A stretch of 64,000 nt of DNA from Oligoflexales bacterium. Its GTDB lineage: Bacteria; Myxococcota_A; UBA9042; DTJE01. This document shows, one piece after another, positions 60,190 through 64,000 of the stretch (positions are counted from its first letter, which is position 1; the number at the start of each line of letters is the position of its first letter). A program made the translations under genes and the position numbers. Where the stretch lies: assembly GCA_012840965.1 (NCBI GenBank), contig DUVQ01000121.1:14907-78906 (forward strand), written 5' to 3'. The notes beneath the pieces are model-generated. The model was not told the origin of the DNA. It ran no database searches and saw only the letters and a list, made by a program, of their open reading frames with translations.

Positions 60190-61491
60190 GTGGCTATTGA
60201 GGTCCTGACCATCGAAGTCGGATCTACCATCACAAAGGTGATTGGGTTTGCACGCCTGCCAGGCGGCGGTTTTTCGGCGATTGCCAGGGGATTTGCACCG
60301 ACGTCCTTGGCGGATGTTGGGATTGGGGTTGATCAGGCGCTGGCTGACTTGAAGCAGCCTTGGGATCAGGCCGAGATTTTTATAAACAGCTCTGCTGCTG
60401 GTGGCCTGCGGATGACTGTTCATGGGCTGACCGCGTCAATGACCGCCAGAGCCGCCAAGGAAGCGGCCCTAGGTGCTGGTGCAATCGTCAAGCTTGTAAC
60501 AGTTGGACCACTAGATAATTATCAACTTGATGATATTAAACGCATTTCTCCAAATCTAATCTTGCTTGCCGGTGGGGTTGACCACGGTGAAAGGCATACC
60601 GTCCTTGAAAATGCCCATAAATTGGCAGACATGCGCTTAAACATTCCAGTTTTGTATGCTGGTAACATTGATTTACAGCGTCCCGTGGTCGAAATCTTTG
60701 GGGCGGGCCGCGTTGAAATCGCTGAAAACATCTTTCCAGAAGTCGATGTGCTGAATATAGAGCCGCTAAGGCGCTTAATTCATGAGGCTTTTAATAGGCA
60801 CATAATCCACGCACCTGGAATGGAGCGTCTTGGTCAGATAACGAAACATCCAGTGTTGCCTACGCCTGGGGCTGTGTTGCTTGGTGCGGAACTGTTTGCC
60901 AAAGTGGCTGGTGACTGCATGGTGTTTGATGTTGGTGGCGCCACCACGGATGTTCATTCAGTAACACAGGGCGATCCCAAGTGGTACTCCAGTCAGGTGC
61001 AACCAGAGCCGCTGGCAAAACGCACGGTGGAAGGCGACCTTGGAGTCTTTGTAAACGCTGCCAACTTGGCAAAGCTGGCGCTGCCAAACCAGCCTTTGCC
61101 GGCGCTTGAGCATTTGGCCGCGGTGCCTAAAACCAAAGAGCAGATCGAATTGACCAGGTGGCTTTGTTGTCAAGCCGTTGAAATTGCAGCAAAACGTCAT
61201 GCTGGGACCGTGTCGCAGATATATACCCCAACCGGTCGCCGTACCATCGTCAAGGGCAAGGATCTGACAGCGGTATCGTTCATCATTGCAACAGGTGGGG
61301 CGTTGACCCAAGTCCCAGGCGCTGTCGACTGCATTAGACGCGTCTGCACCGGGGCCAAAGACAGCTTGTTACCAGAACCTGGGACAACCGTGTTGGTCGA
61401 CGAGCAGTATATTTTCAGTGCCCTTGGGACTTTGGCCCAGTTTTATCCGGATGATGTGGCAAAAAGCTTTAACAATTTCCAACGTCACTGA
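60190..61491 (+). CDS. GlmL/MutL-like reactivating factor of the aminomutase (OraF-like)
   Basis: EVGSTITK, SSAAGGLRM, PTPGAV, DVGGATTDVHS, KRTVEGDLG. Confidence 0.88.
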   Translation: MAIEVLTIEVGSTITKVIGFARLPGGGFSAIARGFAPTSLADVGIGVDQALADLKQPWDQAEIFINSSAAGGLRMTVHGLTASMTARAAKEAALGAGAIVKLVTVGPLDNYQLDDIKRISPNLILLAGGVDHGERHTVLENAHKLADMRLNIPVLYAGNIDLQRPVVEIFGAGRVEIAENIFPEVDVLNIEPLRRLIHEAFNRHIIHAPGMERLGQITKHPVLPTPGAVLLGAELFAKVAGDCMVFDVGGATTDVHSVTQGDPKWYSSQVQPEPLAKRTVEGDLGVFVNAANLAKLALPNQPLPALEHLAAVPKTKEQIELTRWLCCQAVEIAAKRHAGTVSQIYTPTGRRTIVKGKDLTAVSFIIATGGALTQVPGAVDCIRRVCTGAKDSLLPEPGTTVLVDEQYIFSALGTLAQFYPDDVAKSFNNFQRH

Positions 61492-61505
61492 ATAAGGAGA
61501 CTGAC

Positions 61506-62585
61506 ATGCCAGTAAACACACCGCGCCTGGAAATTTACACCGAGCGGATTGCGATGAACGCCAAAGCTGTAATTGGAATGTGTCATAGTCACGGGATCCA
61601 AGTGGCGGCAGCGACAAAGGTGGTGTGTGGCCATTCGGCTGTAACCCACGCACTTGAAGCAGGTGGGGCAGACATGCTGGCCGATAGCCGCGTTCGCAAT
61701 CTGCGCAGAATTGTGGAGGCAGGCATCAGTCGCCCCTTGATGATGCTGCGAATTCCAGCCCCTAGTTGGGTTGCTGATGTGGTTAATTATGCGGAGATAT
61801 CGTTAAACAGCAGTGTCGACACCATTGAGATGCTGTCTGATGCAGCTGAGTTAAGGGGGCTTCGTCATCAAGTCATCGTCATGGTTGACGTGGGTGATCT
61901 GCGAGAGGGTGTGCCGCCTGAGCGTGCTATTGATGTGGTCAAGGAAACGGCACATCTGCCAGGCGTTGAAATAGTTGGATTTGGCGCGAATCTGGCCTGT
62001 TTTGGGGGTGTAATCCCAACACGCAAAAACATGCAGACTTTGGTTGATGTCCGCAACGAATGTCGACGCGTGTGCGGCCTGGAACTGCCCATTTTATCAG
62101 GTGGAAACAGTGCAAACCTGCCGTTGGTTGTCCAAGGTGAAATGCCAAAAGAGATAAACCATCTGCGCGTTGGTGAGGCCATTGTCCTTGGCAGAAATGT
62201 GATCGACCGCTCGCCATGGGAGGGTACCAGGCAGGATACCTTCAGCATGGTTGCAGAAGTGCTGGAAGTTGAAAAGAAGGCCTCCTATCCGATTGGTGAT
62301 AGAGGGCAGGACGCATTTGGGGGCACCCCGGATTTTATCGATTACGGGATGCGCCTGAGGGCAATATGTAACATCGGTCGCCAAGATGTTATTGTCGACG
62401 GGATTCAGCCTGAGATGCCTGGCATTAAGGTACTTGGTGGCAGCAGCGACCATCTGATTTTGGATGTTGAAGATGCCGCCGTTCCTGTTAATGTCGGTGA
62501 TGAGCTTGGGTTTACACCAACATACGGCGCCTTATTGGCATTAAGTACTAGCCCTTATGTACAAAAAGTGGTGGTGCGTGGATGA
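61506..62585 (+). CDS. orr: Ornithine racemase (alanine/ornithine racemase family, PLP)
   Basis: TKVVCG, LADSR, GDLREG, NLACFGG, SGGNS, GSSDH; located in the ord-ora cluster. Confidence 0.8.
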   Translation: MPVNTPRLEIYTERIAMNAKAVIGMCHSHGIQVAAATKVVCGHSAVTHALEAGGADMLADSRVRNLRRIVEAGISRPLMMLRIPAPSWVADVVNYAEISLNSSVDTIEMLSDAAELRGLRHQVIVMVDVGDLREGVPPERAIDVVKETAHLPGVEIVGFGANLACFGGVIPTRKNMQTLVDVRNECRRVCGLELPILSGGNSANLPLVVQGEMPKEINHLRVGEAIVLGRNVIDRSPWEGTRQDTFSMVAEVLEVEKKASYPIGDRGQDAFGGTPDFIDYGMRLRAICNIGRQDVIVDGIQPEMPGIKVLGGSSDHLILDVEDAAVPVNVGDELGFTPTYGALLALSTSPYVQKVVVRG

Positions 62586-63724
62586 CACAAGAACACCTGA
62601 ATTTAGTCCGTATTGATCTGGGTGCCATAAAGTCAAACTTGGAGGCCATCAAAGAAGCCATAGGTCCAGAAAGGCAGATTTTGGCTATGGTTAAAGGCAA
62701 CGCCTATGGTCATGGCGATTTGCAAGTGGCGCAAATGATTGAAGATACTGGGTGTGCCCAGGTGTTGGGTGTCGCTTGCCCCAGCGAGGCCCAGGGGCTG
62801 AGGGCAGGTGGAATCAAGATGCCAATACTGATTCTGACGCCAACTATTCCCGCAAATCTTGAAACTGCGATTAAAGCCGACGTTATTTTGAGCGTTTGTG
62901 GCCAAAGGGAGGCCTTGGCTGCAGGCCAAGTCGCTGCAAAGTTGGGCAAGTGTGTCTCAGTTCACATTAAGGTCGACACTGGAATGGGGCGAGTTGGAGT
63001 GCCCCCAGAAGGGGCGGTAGAACTTGCCAACCTGATTGAGCAACAACCAAGCCTTAAGCTTGAAGGAATAATGACCCATCTTCCGTCCAGCGATTCGATT
63101 GCTGGCGACGAAATTTCGTGGACTAAAAAGCAGATTGCGCGATTTGCACAAGTGGTGGCAGACGTCAACAACGCGATTGGGCGCAAGATTATTGCCCACT
63201 GTGCCAACTCGGCCGCCGTCTTGGCCCACCCAGACGCGTGGTTTGATATGGTTCGTCCAGGAGTCATGATTTATGGCTACAAACCTGACCCGGCTTGCCC
63301 TTCAACTATCGCGCTAAAACCAGCCATGTCCATGTTTAGCAAGGTCATTTTTATCAAAAAGATTCCAGGTGGCCAATCGGTAAGCTATGGCAGGACTTGG
63401 AAGGCAGATTTTCCAACCACTGTGGCCACCATCGGAGTTGGTTACGCAGATGGATACAACCGACTGTTTTCAAACAAGGGACGTGTTTTGATTAAGGGGC
63501 GCAGCTATCCGGTGATTGGGCGAGTCTGCATGAATATGATCATGGCGGATGTTGGTGCAGACCCCGACATATCCATCGGAGATGACGTCGTTTTGATGGG
63601 GCGCGACGGCGATCAAGAGATCACCTGTGAGGAATGGGCGGCAAAACTCGGCAGCATCCCCTATGAAGTTACCTGTCGAATTGATGCCAGAATACCGAGG
63701 CAGTTTTTGGGGCTGAACGATTGA
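62582..63724 (+). CDS. alr: Alanine racemase
   Basis: MVKGNAYGHG, HIKVDTGMGRVG, ANSAA, VRPG, SYG, GYADG, GRVCM. Confidence 0.92.
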   Translation: MTQEHLNLVRIDLGAIKSNLEAIKEAIGPERQILAMVKGNAYGHGDLQVAQMIEDTGCAQVLGVACPSEAQGLRAGGIKMPILILTPTIPANLETAIKADVILSVCGQREALAAGQVAAKLGKCVSVHIKVDTGMGRVGVPPEGAVELANLIEQQPSLKLEGIMTHLPSSDSIAGDEISWTKKQIARFAQVVADVNNAIGRKIIAHCANSAAVLAHPDAWFDMVRPGVMIYGYKPDPACPSTIALKPAMSMFSKVIFIKKIPGGQSVSYGRTWKADFPTTVATIGVGYADGYNRLFSNKGRVLIKGRSYPVIGRVCMNMIMADVGADPDISIGDDVVLMGRDGDQEITCEEWAAKLGSIPYEVTCRIDARIPRQFLGLND

Positions 63725-63782
63725 TTCAAAACCTCCAATGGCGTACTCTAACGGCGGAATTTTGGCTTGCCAGGTGGATTCA

Positions 63783-64000
63783 TTGGTAAAAAACCTGACA
63801 TTTTTGGCGATTGTCGCGCTTGGTCTTGCTAGCTGGAGCTGTAAACCTGAGCGCCCGACTGGGGTGTCTGTCGCTCCTGTCGAGACCAAGCGTGAGGACC
63901 CTGCCGCTGAAGTGGTGGTAGCCAGGATCAATGATCGTCTGATCAAGTTTGGCGAGATTGAAGAGCGGCTTGAATCCTTACCAGTGTTTGTAAGGGTCAG
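63783..64000 (+). CDS. Partial lipoprotein, SurA/PrsA-type foldase N-terminus (runs off the window; in-frame ATG also at 63738)
   Basis: Signal ending ASWSC, then VVARINDRLIKFGEIEERL. Confidence 0.55.
   Translation, partial: MVKNLTFLAIVALGLASWSCKPERPTGVSVAPVETKREDPAAEVVVARINDRLIKFGEIEERLESLPVFVRV

Overview
A 64-kb chromosomal segment (GC roughly 50%) from a bacterium that I infer is a Myxococcota/'deltaproteobacterial' lineage, probably anaerobic or facultative. The inference rests on myxobacterial-type Cys-rich lipoproteins, Haliangium-like BMC-T shell proteins and a DUF6178-like protein. The core is the str-S10-spc-alpha ribosomal supercluster (18.7-34.7 kb), from which tuf, rplC, rpmD, adk and map are missing, followed by tRNA-Gln(CTG) and tRNA-Glu(CTC). 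The left flank holds two microcompartment satellite loci (nuoB-like + BMC-T; pduS + pduT), an ECF sigma/zinc anti-sigma pair with a matching promoter, a GT-C glycosyltransferase + pilD pair, HEAT-repeat lipoproteins and a peptidase-propeller-Omp85 protein. It also carries a dispersed intergenic repeat with G-tracts and a ~214-bp branched palindrome. The right flank holds mtnA, an L,D-transpeptidase, Cys-rich repeat lipoproteins, an HxsC-like radical SAM enzyme and tRNA-Leu(TAG). It continues with three tandem Cys-rich/FGE-sulfatase (CLec-fold) genes, two of them fused out of frame at a 7-bp microhomology, and a NifH-like + degenerate NifD/K-like pair. It ends with dapB, a FabK/NMO-like enzyme and a complete B12-dependent oxidative ornithine pathway (ord-ortAB-oraSE-oraF-orr) plus alr. 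No CRISPR array, rRNA, integrase, transposase or reverse transcriptase was seen. All family calls are from motif recognition, not database searches.
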